Below are positions 40,103-55,975 of a stretch of DNA of 64,000 nt, one piece after another. Where the stretch lies: contig CAUVXB020000001.1 in NCBI GenBank assembly GCA_963555825.3, positions 1 through 64,000 on the forward strand. Direction: 5' to 3'. Position 1 is the stretch's first letter. The number at the start of each line of letters is the position of its first letter. The notes below the pieces were generated by a model that was not told where the DNA came from, did no database searches, and saw nothing but the letters and a program-made list of their open reading frames with translations. The translations under genes were made by a program, and so were the position numbers. The stretch is from Alphaproteobacteria bacterium. Lineage in GTDB: Bacteria > Pseudomonadota > Alphaproteobacteria > JAAXGF01.

Positions 40103-42952
40103 TTAGGCTCTCTTGCGCTGGCGCTCGCGGCCGAGATAGGTGGCGAGGTATTCGCCGGTGTAGCTGCCGGGCGTCTCGGCGACCTGTTCGGGCGTGCCTT
40201 CGGCGACGATGGCGCCGCCGCGCTCGCCGCCGCCGGGACCCAGATCGATGATCCAGTCGGCGATCTTGATGACCTCGAGGTTGTGCTCGATGACGACCAC
40301 CGTGTTGCCGGTGTCGACCAGCGCCTGGAGCACGTCGAGCAGCTTGCGCACGTCGTCGAAGTGGAGCCCGGTGGTCGGCTCGTCGAGGATGTAGAGCGTG
40401 CGCCCGGTGGCGCGCCGCGACAGCTCCTTCGACAGCTTGACGCGCTGCGCCTCGCCGCCCGAGAGCGTCGTCGCCGACTGGCCGATCTGGATATAGCCGA
40501 GGCCGACCTTCTGCAGCATGGTGAGCTTCTCGCGGATCGTCGGCACCGCCTTGAAGAACGCGGCGCCCTCATCCACCGTCATGTCAAGAACGTCGGATAT
40601 CGACTTGTTTCTGAAGAGAATTTCCAGCGTTTCCCGGTTGTAGCGCTGGCCCTTGCAGACGTCGCAGCGGACGTAGACGTCGGGCAGGAAGTGCATCTCG
40701 ATCTTGATCAGCCCGCCGCCCTGGCAGGCCTCGCAACGGCCGCCCTTGACGTTGAACGAGAAGCGCCCAGGCTTGTAGCCGCGCGCTTGCGCCTCGGGCA
40801 GGCCGGCGAACCAATCGCGGATCGGCGTGTAGGCGCCGATGTAGGTCGCCGGGTTCGAGCGTGGCGTGCGGCCGATCGGCGACTGGTCGATGTCGATCAC
40901 CTTGTCCAACAGCTCGACGCCCTCGATGCGGTCGTGCGGACCGGGGTGGACATGCGCCCTCATGAGTTGCTTGGCGAGGCCCTTGTACAGCGTCTCGACG
41001 ATCAGGCTCGACTTGCCGCCGCCCGAGACGCCGGTGATGCAGGTGAAAACGCCGAGCGGGATGCGCGCCGTGATGTTGCGCAGGTTGTGGGTCCGCGCAC
41101 CGACCACGGCGAGCCGGCGTTCGGGCCGGCAGGCGCGTCGCTCGGCGGGCAGCGGGATCTGCTTGGCGCCGACCAGGTACTGGCCGGTCAGGCTGTCGGG
41201 GCTGGCCATGATGTCGGCCGGCCGGCCCTGGGCGACGACCTGGCCGCCGTGCTCGCCGGCCCGCGGACCCATGTCGATGACGTGGTCGGCGTCGCGGATC
41301 GCCTCCTCGTCATGCTCGACGACGATCACCGTGTTGCCGATGTCGCGCAGCCGTTTCAGCGTCATCAGCAGGCGGTCGTTGTCGCGTTGATGCAGCCCGA
41401 TCGACGGCTCGTCGAGCACATAGAGCACGCCGGTCAGCCCCGAGCCGATCTGCGAGGCGAGCCGGATGCGCTGGCTCTCGCCGCCCGACAGCGTGCCCGA
41501 GTTGCGCGACAGCGTCAGATAGTCGAGCCCGACGTTGACCAGGAAGCCGAGCCGCGCGTTGATTTCCTTGAGGATGCGCTGGGCGATCTCGCGCTGCGTC
41601 GGCGTCATCGCCTCGGACAGACCATCGAACCACACGGCCGCCTTGGCGATCGACATGTGCGCGGCCTCGCCGATGTGCTTACCGCCGATCTTGACCGCCA
41701 GCGCCTCGGGCTTGAGCCGGTTGCCGCCGCAGGCGTCGCACGGCGCGTCGCCGTGGTAGCGGCCGAGCTCCTCGCGCACCCAGCTCGATTCGGTGTTGTG
41801 CCAGCGCCGGTCCATGTTCGGGATGACGCCCTCGAACGGCTTGGTCGTCTGGTATTTGCGCAGGCCGTCGTCGTAGCGCATGGTCACCGGCTCGTCGCCG
41901 GTGCCGTAGAGCACCGCCTGGCGCGCCTCTTCGGGCAGCTCGGACCAGGGCGCGTCGAGCGAGACGCCGAAGCGCCTGGCGAGGCTCGCCAACGTCTGCG
42001 CGTAGTAGAGCGACGACGAGCCGCGCCACGGCTGGATCGCGCCGTCGCGCAGGCTGCGCCGGGCGTCGGGCACGACCAGCTCGGCATCGAAGTAGAGCCG
42101 GCTGCCGAGCCCGTCGCACGCCGGACACGCGCCATAGGGGTTGTTGAACGAGAACAGCCGGGGCTCGATCTCGTCGATCGTGAAGCCGGAGACCGGGCAG
42201 GCGAACTTGGCCGAGAACACCGTCACCTCGCCGGTCTCGGCGTCCTCGGCCTGGGCGATGCCGTCGGCCAGGCCCAACGCGGTCTCGATGCTGTCGGCCA
42301 GCCGGTTGCCGAGGTCGGCGCGCACGACGATGCGGTCGACCACCACGGCGATGTCGTGCTTGCGCTTCTTGTCGAGCGCCGGCGCGTCCTCGATGGTGGT
42401 CACTTCGCCGTCGATCTTGACGCGCTGGAAGCCGCGCTTCATCAGCTCGGCGAGTTCCTTGCGGTACTCGCCCTTGCGGCCGCGCACGATCGGCGCCAGC
42501 AGGTAGAGCTTGGTGCCCGCGTCCATGGCGAGCACGCGGTCGACCATCTGGCTGACCGTCTGGCTCTCGATCGGCAAGCCCGTCGCGGGCGAATAGGGCA
42601 CGCCGACGCGGGCGTACAACAGCCGCATGTAGTCGTAGATCTCGGTCACCGTGGCGACGGTCGAGCGCGGGTTCTTCGAGGTCGTCTTCTGCTCGATCGA
42701 GATCGCCGGCGACAGGCCCTCGATCGAATCGACGTCGGGCTTCTGCATCAGCTCGAGGAACTGCCGCGCATAGGCCGACAGGCTCTCGACATAGCGCCGC
42801 TGGCCCTCGGCATAGATCGTGTCGAAGGCGAGCGACGACTTGCCCGAGCCCGAGAGCCCGGTAATGACCGTCAGCGTGTCGCGCGGAATCTCGACGTCGA
42901 TGTTCTTGAGATTGTGCTCGCGCGCGCCGCGCACGTGGATCGTCTGCTGCAT
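40103..42952 (-). CDS. uvrA: Excinuclease ABC subunit A
   Basis: [23 protein letters not shown], zinc fingers; ATG at 42952. Confidence 0.98.
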   Translation of the reverse strand: MQQTIHVRGAREHNLKNIDVEIPRDTLTVITGLSGSGKSSLAFDTIYAEGQRRYVESLSAYARQFLELMQKPDVDSIEGLSPAISIEQKTTSKNPRSTVATVTEIYDYMRLLYARVGVPYSPATGLPIESQTVSQMVDRVLAMDAGTKLYLLAPIVRGRKGEYRKELAELMKRGFQRVKIDGEVTTIEDAPALDKKRKHDIAVVVDRIVVRADLGNRLADSIETALGLADGIAQAEDAETGEVTVFSAKFACPVSGFTIDEIEPRLFSFNNPYGACPACDGLGSRLYFDAELVVPDARRSLRDGAIQPWRGSSSLYYAQTLASLARRFGVSLDAPWSELPEEARQAVLYGTGDEPVTMRYDDGLRKYQTTKPFEGVIPNMDRRWHNTESSWVREELGRYHGDAPCDACGGNRLKPEALAVKIGGKHIGEAAHMSIAKAAVWFDGLSEAMTPTQREIAQRILKEINARLGFLVNVGLDYLTLSRNSGTLSGGESQRIRLASQIGSGLTGVLYVLDEPSIGLHQRDNDRLLMTLKRLRDIGNTVIVVEHDEEAIRDADHVIDMGPRAGEHGGQVVAQGRPADIMASPDSLTGQYLVGAKQIPLPAERRACRPERRLAVVGARTHNLRNITARIPLGVFTCITGVSGGGKSSLIVETLYKGLAKQLMRAHVHPGPHDRIEGVELLDKVIDIDQSPIGRTPRSNPATYIGAYTPIRDWFAGLPEAQARGYKPGRFSFNVKGGRCEACQGGGLIKIEMHFLPDVYVRCDVCKGQRYNRETLEILFRNKSISDVLDMTVDEGAAFFKAVPTIREKLTMLQKVGLGYIQIGQSATTLSGGEAQRVKLSKELSRRATGRTLYILDEPTTGLHFDDVRKLLDVLQALVDTGNTVVVIEHNLEVIKIADWIIDLGPGGGERGGAIVAEGTPEQVAETPGSYTGEYLATYLGRERQRKRA

Positions 42953-43057
42953 TCGCCTGATTGTAAGCCGATTGGGAGCCCTGCGCACTATATGGCGACC
43001 GGCGCCCGGAAATCGACCCCGATTCGGCGACTCATCACCGCTTCCGCGGGCGCGAGA

Positions 43058-43086
43058 GTGACCGATCGCCCGCGCGCGCCTATAAT
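43058..43086 (+). promoter_or_regulatory. Putative sigma70 promoter of ORF 43134
   Basis: GTGACC-N17-TATAAT. Confidence 0.5.
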
Positions 43087-43133
43087 GCGGGCATGCGACG
43101 CGCGGGCGCGCGATTCGGACAACGTCGGTTGCA

Positions 43134-43553
43134 ATGGACCAGGACACCGTCAAACACCTCGAGCTGATCCAGGGCGTGGTCAACCGCCTGGCCAACAACT
43201 CGTTCGCCTACAAGGCCTGGGCGATCACCCTGGTGGCCGTGTTCATCCTGCTCGCCACCGCCATCGCCAGCCCGCATCTCCTGCCCATCGCGCTGATCCC
43301 GGCGCTCGGCTTCTGGGGCCTCGACGCCTACTATCTCCGGCAGCAGCGCTTGTTCCGCAAGCTCTACGACGCGGTGCGTAGCGCCGAGACCATCGCGCTC
43401 GCCGACGGCGCGTTTTCGATGGACACCACCCCCTTCGACGGCGAGGTCGCATCGTGGCTCGCCACCGCCTGCTCGAAGACCCTCCTCTGGCTCTACGCGC
43501 CGATCGCCGCCCTCATCCTGCTCGCCACCGCCATCGCGTTTGTTGGTGCTTGA
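43134..43553 (+). CDS. Small multi-TM hypothetical protein
   Basis: [21 protein letters not shown]...[20 protein letters not shown]. Confidence 0.8.
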   Translation: MDQDTVKHLELIQGVVNRLANNSFAYKAWAITLVAVFILLATAIASPHLLPIALIPALGFWGLDAYYLRQQRLFRKLYDAVRSAETIALADGAFSMDTTPFDGEVASWLATACSKTLLWLYAPIAALILLATAIAFVGA

Positions 43554-43655
43554 GCGGACCGACAGCCGAGATCGCCCGGCGAAGGCGTTGGCATTTGCTC
43601 GGGCTGGGCATAGGCTATCGCGCGATCTTCAATCAAAAGAGTTCTACCCGACTCA

Positions 43656-44582
43656 ATGAGCTTTCAAGAAATTTGGCAGCTTGCTATCAGTGATCCGGGC
43701 TGGGCAGCGGTATTTCTGACAGCGGGACTCGCGATCATCGGTGGTGTTTGGGCGGTCTATCACCGTCTTTTCCCAGCGCGCGACAAAAGTGATCATCCAG
43801 GCGTCGACGTGGCCAACATCGTTAAAACGTTGCAGGAAGGCCATCGTCACCAGATCGAGGATGCAGTCCAGCGTGAGGAAGCGTTGCATGACCAGGTTCG
43901 CCAGCTTACGGACGCCGTACAGGCGCTTTCCGATGAACGGAACGAGCCGGACGCGCCTGCGGGAGTCGATGAGGCTCTGGCTCTCTTGGCAAAGGGCGAG
44001 ACGGACGCGGCCGAGGCCGTGTTTCAGGAAGTCAAAGAGCGCCGCACGGCCGAAGGCGAAGAATCGCGGAAAGAAACTGCCGCTGCTGCTCGACACATCG
44101 GCGCGCTCGCTTTTCTACACGACACCGACAAGGCGCTTTCCGCTTATCGTGAAGCGGTTGAGCTCGATCCCGAGAATTCTGATGGCTGGAACCGGCTTGG
44201 ACACCTTCTGAAGCGAATCGGCGATCTCGAAGGCGCCGAGGCCGCCTACAGCCACGTTCTGTCTCTGGGCAATCAAACCGATGATAAGGAACTCATTGCC
44301 GTTGCTACGGGCAACCTCGGCCTCGTCTACCAAACCCGCGACGATCTCGATCGCGCCGAGGAGATGCACAAGAAAAGCCTGGCGCTCGAAGAGGAGCTCG
44401 GGCGCAAGGAGGGGATGGCGAGCGATTACGGCAATCTCGGCATCGTCTACCGAACGCGCGGTGATCTCGACCGCGCCGAAGAGATGTACGAGAAAAGCTT
44501 GGAGCTGTTTCGGCAAGTCGGCGCTGCTCCAAAGATCGAAAAGGTCGTAGGCTGGTTTGCCGAGTTGCGCGGTTCGCAATAA
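43656..44582 (+). CDS. TPR protein with N-terminal TM segment
   Basis: Repeated GNLGLVY/GNLGIVY...DLDRAEEM TPRs. Confidence 0.88.
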   Translation: MSFQEIWQLAISDPGWAAVFLTAGLAIIGGVWAVYHRLFPARDKSDHPGVDVANIVKTLQEGHRHQIEDAVQREEALHDQVRQLTDAVQALSDERNEPDAPAGVDEALALLAKGETDAAEAVFQEVKERRTAEGEESRKETAAAARHIGALAFLHDTDKALSAYREAVELDPENSDGWNRLGHLLKRIGDLEGAEAAYSHVLSLGNQTDDKELIAVATGNLGLVYQTRDDLDRAEEMHKKSLALEEELGRKEGMASDYGNLGIVYRTRGDLDRAEEMYEKSLELFRQVGAAPKIEKVVGWFAELRGSQ

Positions 44583-44648
44583 TAGGAGTATCTGCGCCGT
44601 CCCGTCAGCCGTGATCAGCGTAATGGCGCCCACATCGACGACCGCACC

Positions 44649-45401
44649 ATGAACAGCTTCGAATCAGACGGCATCGAGATCGCCTATATCGACGAAGGCG
44701 CGGGCGAGCCCGTCCTGCTGATCCACGGCTTCGCGTCGAACGTGGTGACCAATTGGGTCGATCCGGGCTGGGTGCGGGTGCTGACGCGCGCGGGCTACCG
44801 GGTCGTGGCGTTCGACAACCGGGGGCATGGCGAGAGCGAAAAGCTCTACGACGAGGCGGTCTACGGCGCCGAGCTGATGGCCGAGGACGCGCGGCGGCTG
44901 CTCGATCATCTGGACATCGCGCGGGTCGACGTGATGGGCTATTCGATGGGCGCGCGGATCACCGCGTTCCTCGCGATCGGTCACGCCGCGCGGGTGCGCA
45001 GCGCGGTGTTCGGCGGCTACGGCATCAACATGGTGCGTGGCGTCGAGGCGCGGCCGGTGATCGCCGAGGGCCTCGAGGCCGCCAGCATGGACGACGTGAC
45101 CGACCCGACGGCGCGCGCGTTCCGTATCTTCGCCGAATCGAGCGGCTCGGACCTGCGCGCGCTCGCCGTGTGTTTCCGCGCGGCCGGCGAGACCATCACG
45201 CTCGAGGCGCTGGCGACCATCGAAGCACCCGTGCTCTGCGCTGTCGGCACCGACGACGACATCGCCGGCTCGGCCGCCGAACTCGCCGCGCTGATGCCTG
45301 CGGGAGAGGTGCTCGACATCCCGGGCCGCGACCATATGAAGGCGGTCGGCGACCGGGTCTACAAGGACGGCGTGATCGCGTTCCTGGGCCGCCGGCGGTG
45401 A
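44649..45401 (+). CDS. Alpha/beta hydrolase
   Basis: HGF, DNRGHG, GYSMG nucleophile, GRDH. Confidence 0.92.
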   Translation: MNSFESDGIEIAYIDEGAGEPVLLIHGFASNVVTNWVDPGWVRVLTRAGYRVVAFDNRGHGESEKLYDEAVYGAELMAEDARRLLDHLDIARVDVMGYSMGARITAFLAIGHAARVRSAVFGGYGINMVRGVEARPVIAEGLEAASMDDVTDPTARAFRIFAESSGSDLRALAVCFRAAGETITLEALATIEAPVLCAVGTDDDIAGSAAELAALMPAGEVLDIPGRDHMKAVGDRVYKDGVIAFLGRRR

Positions 45402-45632
45402 CCGCGCGATTCTTTGTGCGGTCACCTGCGGTGACCTGCGCTCAATCGCCGCGCAAGCTTCCGCCGAACGGTCGGCGGCCCGCGGTCGCGGGCTGGTAGA
45501 TTCCGGCCGATTCGGATCGATCGAATTATGCGCTAACGGCCATATCGCTGTGGCCCAAGCGGGCGGAACCGCCTATGATGCGCGCGGGCCTCGATCGGCC
45601 GACAAAAAACACCAACGACAGGGGCGACATCG

Positions 45633-46103
45633 ATGTCCGGCAGCGTCAATAAAGTGATCCTCATCGGCAATCTCGGGCGCGACCCCGAGCAGCGCAATCT
45701 GAACGACGGCTCGCCGGTCGTGAACATCTCGCTCGCCACCTCGGAGCGCTGGACCGACCGCGCGAGCGGAGAGCGCCGCGAGCGCACCGAATGGCACCGC
45801 GTCGTGATCTTCGACGAGAAGCTCTGCGAGATCGCCACCAAGTATCTGCAGAAGGGCTCGAAGATCTTCGTCGAGGGCCAGCTCCAGACGCGCAAATGGA
45901 CCGACCAGTCGGGCAACGACCGCTACTCGACCGAGGTCGTGCTGCGCCGCTTCAACGGCTCGCTGACGATGCTCGATTCGCGCGGCGAGGGCGGTTACGG
46001 CGGCGGCGATTCCTACGGCGGCGGGGCGCCGGCGGGCGGTGGCGGCGACGCGCCCGAGAGCGGCGGCGGCGGTGGCGACTTCGACGACGACATCCCGTTC
46101 TGA
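45633..46103 (+). CDS. ssb: Single-stranded DNA-binding protein
   Basis: [21 protein letters not shown], Gly-rich linker, DDDIPF. Confidence 0.98.
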   Translation: MSGSVNKVILIGNLGRDPEQRNLNDGSPVVNISLATSERWTDRASGERRERTEWHRVVIFDEKLCEIATKYLQKGSKIFVEGQLQTRKWTDQSGNDRYSTEVVLRRFNGSLTMLDSRGEGGYGGGDSYGGGAPAGGGGDAPESGGGGGDFDDDIPF

Positions 46104-46239
46104 CCCTTGGTATAATCGCCTATCTTGTCGTTCGCATTGCTTGCAAATGCCAAATCTGGTATAAATTCGCGTGTCTTCCGGCCGATTGCCTGAAATCACG
46201 AGTGCCCCGATTTTCGCCCACCACCCGGCCGATTCCTAA

Positions 46240-49090
<2,851 letters not shown>

Positions 49091-49098
<8 letters not shown>

Positions 49099-49642
49099 CC
49101 GGCGGCTGGGCGTCTATCCCGGGACCTTCGATCCCATCACCTACGGCCATCTCGACATCATCCAGCGCGCCCGGCGGCTGGTCGATCACCTGATCATCGG
49201 CGTCTCGGTCAGCGCCGGCAAGGACCCGCTGCTGAGCCTTGACGAGCGCGTCGCCATCGTCAACGAGGAACTCGCCAGCCTCGAAGGCGACGGCGACGCG
49301 ACCACCGAGGTGCGTCCCTTCGACACATTACTGGTCGATTTCGCCTCATCGGTCGGCGCGAGTACCGTCATCCGCGGCTTGCGCGCGGTCTCCGACTTCG
49401 AATACGAATTCCAGATGACCGGCATGAACGCGCGGCTCGATCCGACCGTCGAGACGGTGTTCCTGATGGCGACTGAGAAGCACCAGTTCATCGCCTCCAA
49501 GCTGGTCAAGGAGATCGGCCGGCTGGGCGGCGACATCTCGTCCTTCGTCTCGCCCAATGTCGGGCGGCACCTCGAACGCCGCTTCGCGCGCCGCGGCGCG
49601 GGCGAAGTACCGGGCGGGCAGGCGGCGCGGTATATCTACTGA
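49091..49642 (+). CDS. coaD: Phosphopantetheine adenylyltransferase
   Basis: [24 protein letters not shown]. Confidence 0.97.
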
Positions 49643-49693
49643 TCGCACGCCGTCCGCCGTATCCGGTCTAGCCATGGCGGCGAACCGCGCACC

Positions 49694-51873
<2,180 letters not shown>

Positions 51874-51899
51874 TCCTTGGTATGAGTCACGCGCCACGC

Positions 51900-51929
51900 T
51901 TGACCGGCCGGGGGCGCGAACCTTATGGT
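51900..51929 (+). promoter_or_regulatory. Putative sigma70 promoter of tRNA-Lys
   Basis: TTGACC-N18-TATGGT plus GC-rich discriminator. Confidence 0.5.
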
Positions 51930-51942
51930 GCGCGCGCCTTGG

Positions 51943-52018
51943 GGGCGCGTAGCTCAGTCGGTAGAGCATCTGACTTTTAATCAGAGGGTCCCAGGTTCAA
52001 TCCCTGGCGCGCCCACCA
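51943..52018 (+). tRNA. tRNA-Lys(UUU), copy 1
   Basis: GGGCGCG/CGCGCCC acceptor, TCTGA-CTTTTAA-TCAGA, CCA. Confidence 0.97.
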
Positions 52019-52128
52019 ATTTCGTCAACAGGTTAGCTGGGTACGGCTGAGCCGTTTTCTTTATTAACAAGGCGAAGGAAAGGAATCCAGGCGGCTTCGA
52101 CCATTTCCCCCGGCAGCACCTGCCGCCT

Positions 52129-52707
52129 TCACTGACCGTGCTTCTCCAACCACTCGCGCGCCATCGCCTGGGCCTTCGATATGTCGGCGGAGGTCATTTC
52201 CTTGGCGGCAATGTCACGGTACTTCCGCCCTAACGTGTTGCCCTGCTCCGCCGCGATGTCGAACCACATGTGGGCTTGGATAAAGTCCGGCGACGCGCCC
52301 AGGCCGTGGCGGTACATGAGGCCGGTTTCCAACTGGGCGCGGACATAGCCCTGCTCGGCGGCCATTCGATGCCACTTCAGCGCCTCTGCATAGTCCTGCG
52401 GCACGCCGTCACCGGAGTGGTATATGACGCCGAGGATGGACTGGGCCACGGCAACACCCTGCTCGGCGGCCTTTCGATACCACTTCGCCGCCTCGGCGAA
52501 GTCCTGCGGGACGCCCACGCCAATTTCGTACATGAGGCCGAGGTTGAACTGAGCCTCGGCATGGCCCTGTTCGGCCAGCGGGCGGAATTCCTTGATCGCC
52601 ATGGCATAGTCGCCCAGCCCATAGGCAGCCGCGCCTTCGTCGAAGCCAGCCCGCGCCGGTCCGACGAGCGTGACGAGAAGAACAGCCGCTATCGCGATGC
52701 GCTTCAT
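52129..52707 (-). CDS. Secreted Sel1-like repeat protein
   Basis: Signal peptide; AQFNLGLMY..G.GVPQD..EA.KWY.KAAEQG repeats. Confidence 0.93.
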   Translation of the reverse strand: MKRIAIAAVLLVTLVGPARAGFDEGAAAYGLGDYAMAIKEFRPLAEQGHAEAQFNLGLMYEIGVGVPQDFAEAAKWYRKAAEQGVAVAQSILGVIYHSGDGVPQDYAEALKWHRMAAEQGYVRAQLETGLMYRHGLGASPDFIQAHMWFDIAAEQGNTLGRKYRDIAAKEMTSADISKAQAMAREWLEKHGQ

Positions 52708-52891
52708 TTCCGAGATCTCCCAAGGGGGCGATCATAGCCCGAAGCCGCGCGCGGTGCGAGTTGATGGGCGTCACGCCGTCCGGGATCAACCTCCGCTTCT
52801 GTGGCGCGATCCCGGGGCCGTTAGATGCCGCTTGTTGGGGTGCCTCGACCTCTGCCGCCGCCGGACTGACAAACTATGCCCTGCACCCTGC

Positions 52892-53191
52892 CTAGGCATT
52901 CCCCTTTGGCGGCCCGCCCATCACCTGATCCTCCGCGATGCGCGCCTCGATGTCGTCGAGCAGGCGCGCGAGCGCTGCCTCGATGTCGCTGCGGTCCACT
53001 CCCTCCAATAGCATCGCGCCGAGGAGTTCCGCCGCACCGTGAAGGGCGATGGAGAAGCGGGGGAGTTCGTTGTTGAGTTCCCAGGCCGCAGCGGCGGGGA
53101 GTAGGGCGATTTGGATAACCTCTTGCGCTCGGCAGACGGGGCAGTCATCGCTGAGGTCGTGGTCGAGGAGGGAGGTGAGGTCCATGGCCAC
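52892..53191 (-). CDS. Hypothetical protein
   Basis: 99-codon ORF with CPVC and helical composition. Confidence 0.65.
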   Translation of the reverse strand: MAMDLTSLLDHDLSDDCPVCRAQEVIQIALLPAAAAWELNNELPRFSIALHGAAELLGAMLLEGVDRSDIEAALARLLDDIEARIAEDQVMGGPPKGNA

Positions 53192-53283
53192 AGGTTCCCT
53201 GTAGGAGGTCGATAGGGAGGGCGCGCAAACTAGCTTACGCTAGAGGAGCGCCTCGCGAAGCTCGGATTATGCTGGAAGGCACC

Positions 53284-53385
53284 TTACGGCAGTGTCCTGG
53301 CAACGCGGAAGCCGTAATCGTTGCTCCGGCTGCCCGTCGCGAACCTGATGCGATCGGCCGAGCCAACGAAGCGCGGGTCGAGGCT
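53284..53385 (-). pseudogene. Orphan 3' end of an FGE-sulfatase/SUMF1 (CLec-fold) gene
   Basis: Manual translation SLDPRFVGSADRIRFATGSRSNDYGFRVARTLP-stop. Confidence 0.7.
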
Positions 53386-53397
53386 GACATCGGGAGC

Positions 53398-55653
53398 TCA
53401 AGCCTCGGGCGCGGGCGGGGCGTCCTGCGCAGCCTGCCATTCGGCGTGCTCGGCGAGGACTGCTGTGACCTCGGCCTCGAGCAGCTCGCGCAGACGCGGG
53501 ATATCCGCCTCGCGCCCGGCTTCGCGGAAGTAATCTTCGAGCGGAGCTACGGTCTTTGCGATCATATCGTGATCCGCCGGGATCATCCCCGCTCGCGCCA
53601 TGGCCAACGGGATCGCCGCGGCGCGCAGTTGATGCGTTGCCGCCTCCCTCTGCGCCCCGGTCAGGACGAGGTCATGGGCCAGATTGGAATAGCGCGTCGC
53701 GGTGGAGAAATGGAGCGGCCCAAGCGCCGCCCGGGTGATCTCCATTCCCTTGCGCAAGTTCGTGAGTGCCTCGCGCCGGCGCGGCGCGTCGCCGGTCTCG
53801 TCCGCCCAAGCGGAATAGAGGGCACCGAGATTGCCGTACGCGGTGCCCACCAGCTCTCCCTGCTCGCCATAGGCCGCGACCCAAATATCGCGCGCCGCCT
53901 GAAGCTCCGCCTCGGCCTCGACAAAGCGTTCCCGCCGCGCATAGAACGCGCCCAGACTGTTGCGCGCATAGGCGCGTTCTGGATCGCCCTCCTCGGTCGC
54001 GGTCTCCATCACCGCGATCGCCTCGCGAAAGCGCCGCTCCGCTTCCACGTCCTCGTCGAGATCAGCGAGCGCGTCGGCCAAATTGCCGAGCGCCAAGGCA
54101 TAGGCGGTGCTTTCCGCACCACGGGCCGCCGCCACGACCGGCAGATTGGCCTCCCAAAGCCGCCTTGTTTCCGCGATGTCGCCGGTGGCATGGCGCAGAA
54201 ACATCGCCGTCTCATGCACGAAATTTGCGGCGATATCCCGGTCATCCGCGGCTGCCCCGGCTGCCAGCGGGGCAAGAGCGCGCGCATGGGGCGCCAGCCG
54301 GTGACAGCGGGGCCAGGCCACCACCTCGAATTGCGGATTGTCGCTGAATTGCGCGCGGCCCAAGCGGGCGGCGAGGCCGATCATCCGCGCCCGCGCGTCC
54401 GCGCCCATCCAGTCGCGCAGCACCGCCTGGGCCAGGCGGTGGATGCCGTGGGTCGGCCGCGGCTCGCCGCCCGGCCCGGCCCAGGTCGCTTCGGCCAGCA
54501 GGGAATTCTCCCGGCAGGCGGCGAAGGCGTCGCCCCGGCGCATCGCGTCGCCGGCCAGGCTGGCCAGCGGTTCCGGCAGCGGCTCCCATTGCCGCGCCGC
54601 GAGCGCCTCGGCGCCGTCGACGAGAAATTCCGGCGCGATGTCGTCGGGCGACAGGAAGGCGGCGAGCTTGAGCAGCGTCTGCGCGTCCGCGTCCAGCCGG
54701 TCGAGCGATTCCTCGACCGCGACGTAAAGGGATTTCTTGTAGGTGTCGCTCCGAGGCGCATCGTTCAGCCGCTCATGGAACCGCGCGGACAGCTCCGCGA
54801 CCGATATCTCATCGTTGCGGCGCAGAATCTGGCCCGCCACGACCAGCGCCAGCGGGTGGCGGTCGAGCACCTCGGTCGCCAGTTGCTCGAGCCCGGCCTC
54901 GCCGTCGCGGTGCGATTCGGCGGCAAGCAGGGCCACCGCCTCGTCGCCGGGCAGGACATCGAGCGGTACGGTCGCCGCCTTGCCGGTCCAGTCGGTCACC
55001 CGGCTGGTCACCAGATGGTCGATGCAATCGCCGTGCTGGAGCTGGTAGTGCAATTCACCCAGCCGCGCCGGGTCGTCGATATTGTCGTGGATGAGGAGCC
55101 AGCGCCCGCCCTCGGCCTTCAGGGCGTTCAGCACGAAGTCGATACCTTCCTCGGCCTTGTCGGGCGCCTTGATCCCGAGACGGGCGCCGAGGCGGGCAAA
55201 GCTGTTGCGCGCCTCGCCCAGCGACGTCGCGTCGACCAGCCAGGCGCCGCGATATCGCCGCTCCCGGCGCCGGGCGTATTCCCCGGCCAGCGCGGTCTTG
55301 CCATAGCCGCCCGGCCCGGTGACCGCGACGGCGGTCAGACCGCCCCGATCCTCGAACGCCCGCTCGATCCGCTCGATTTCCGTCTTGCGGCCGCGGAATT
55401 CGCGGTCCGGCTTGGCGAGCAGGGGGTCGATGATCGTGGGTTTGCCAATGACCCGGGAATAAATACGGCGCGCGAGGCCGACGATAACGGCGCGGATTCG
55501 TTTGACCAGAAATGCGATGATCGCGGCAATGGCAACAGCCGCGCCGAGCCACTCGGGCAGTGAAAACCCGAGAGGTTTGCACACCGACAAATCCCCCAGC
55601 CTGTACGCTTCCAGGCAAATATCAAGAAATTCCAAACCGGCCCACAGAGCCAT
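53398..55653 (-). CDS. TM-NB-ARC(STAND)-TPR protein
   Basis: FRGR, Walker A GPGGYGKT, Walker B WLLIHDNIDD, LVTSR, HPLAL, IHRL, C-terminal TPRs. Confidence 0.9.
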   Translation of the reverse strand: MALWAGLEFLDICLEAYRLGDLSVCKPLGFSLPEWLGAAVAIAAIIAFLVKRIRAVIVGLARRIYSRVIGKPTIIDPLLAKPDREFRGRKTEIERIERAFEDRGGLTAVAVTGPGGYGKTALAGEYARRRERRYRGAWLVDATSLGEARNSFARLGARLGIKAPDKAEEGIDFVLNALKAEGGRWLLIHDNIDDPARLGELHYQLQHGDCIDHLVTSRVTDWTGKAATVPLDVLPGDEAVALLAAESHRDGEAGLEQLATEVLDRHPLALVVAGQILRRNDEISVAELSARFHERLNDAPRSDTYKKSLYVAVEESLDRLDADAQTLLKLAAFLSPDDIAPEFLVDGAEALAARQWEPLPEPLASLAGDAMRRGDAFAACRENSLLAEATWAGPGGEPRPTHGIHRLAQAVLRDWMGADARARMIGLAARLGRAQFSDNPQFEVVAWPRCHRLAPHARALAPLAAGAAADDRDIAANFVHETAMFLRHATGDIAETRRLWEANLPVVAAARGAESTAYALALGNLADALADLDEDVEAERRFREAIAVMETATEEGDPERAYARNSLGAFYARRERFVEAEAELQAARDIWVAAYGEQGELVGTAYGNLGALYSAWADETGDAPRRREALTNLRKGMEITRAALGPLHFSTATRYSNLAHDLVLTGAQREAATHQLRAAAIPLAMARAGMIPADHDMIAKTVAPLEDYFREAGREADIPRLRELLEAEVTAVLAEHAEWQAAQDAPPAPEA

Positions 55654-55975
55654 TCCTGATCGATATGCTAGCCGCCGCCCTTCAGCTTATACCAAACCGG
55701 CCACGTTCATGCGGCGAGGACAAGCTTCATTACAGCCGCGAATACAAGTCATTTCAATACAACCCTGTTCGCCAGAAGCTGCGGTAGGGTCGGGATGGCG
55801 CACTAACCACATCGGTTTGGTCACGCGAGGCAGGGCCGGTTCCCGTGTTATCCCAGATGCTCCAAATAGGTCGAAACTTCACCGAATTATGGTGCCGATC
55901 CCAGTATGGGAATCGATCGGACATTCACGGGTCAGCAGGTCGCGGTCACAGGAAACTGTCGCCTACGTGCTTCGA

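Noticed and set aside
39206-43381. 1391-aa plus-strand ORF
   Set aside because: Antisense shadow of uvrA from GC-rich codon bias; no motifs
42953-45632. Alphaproteobacterial LexA box (GTTC-N7-GTTC) before uvrA or ssb
   Set aside because: No convincing match found by eye
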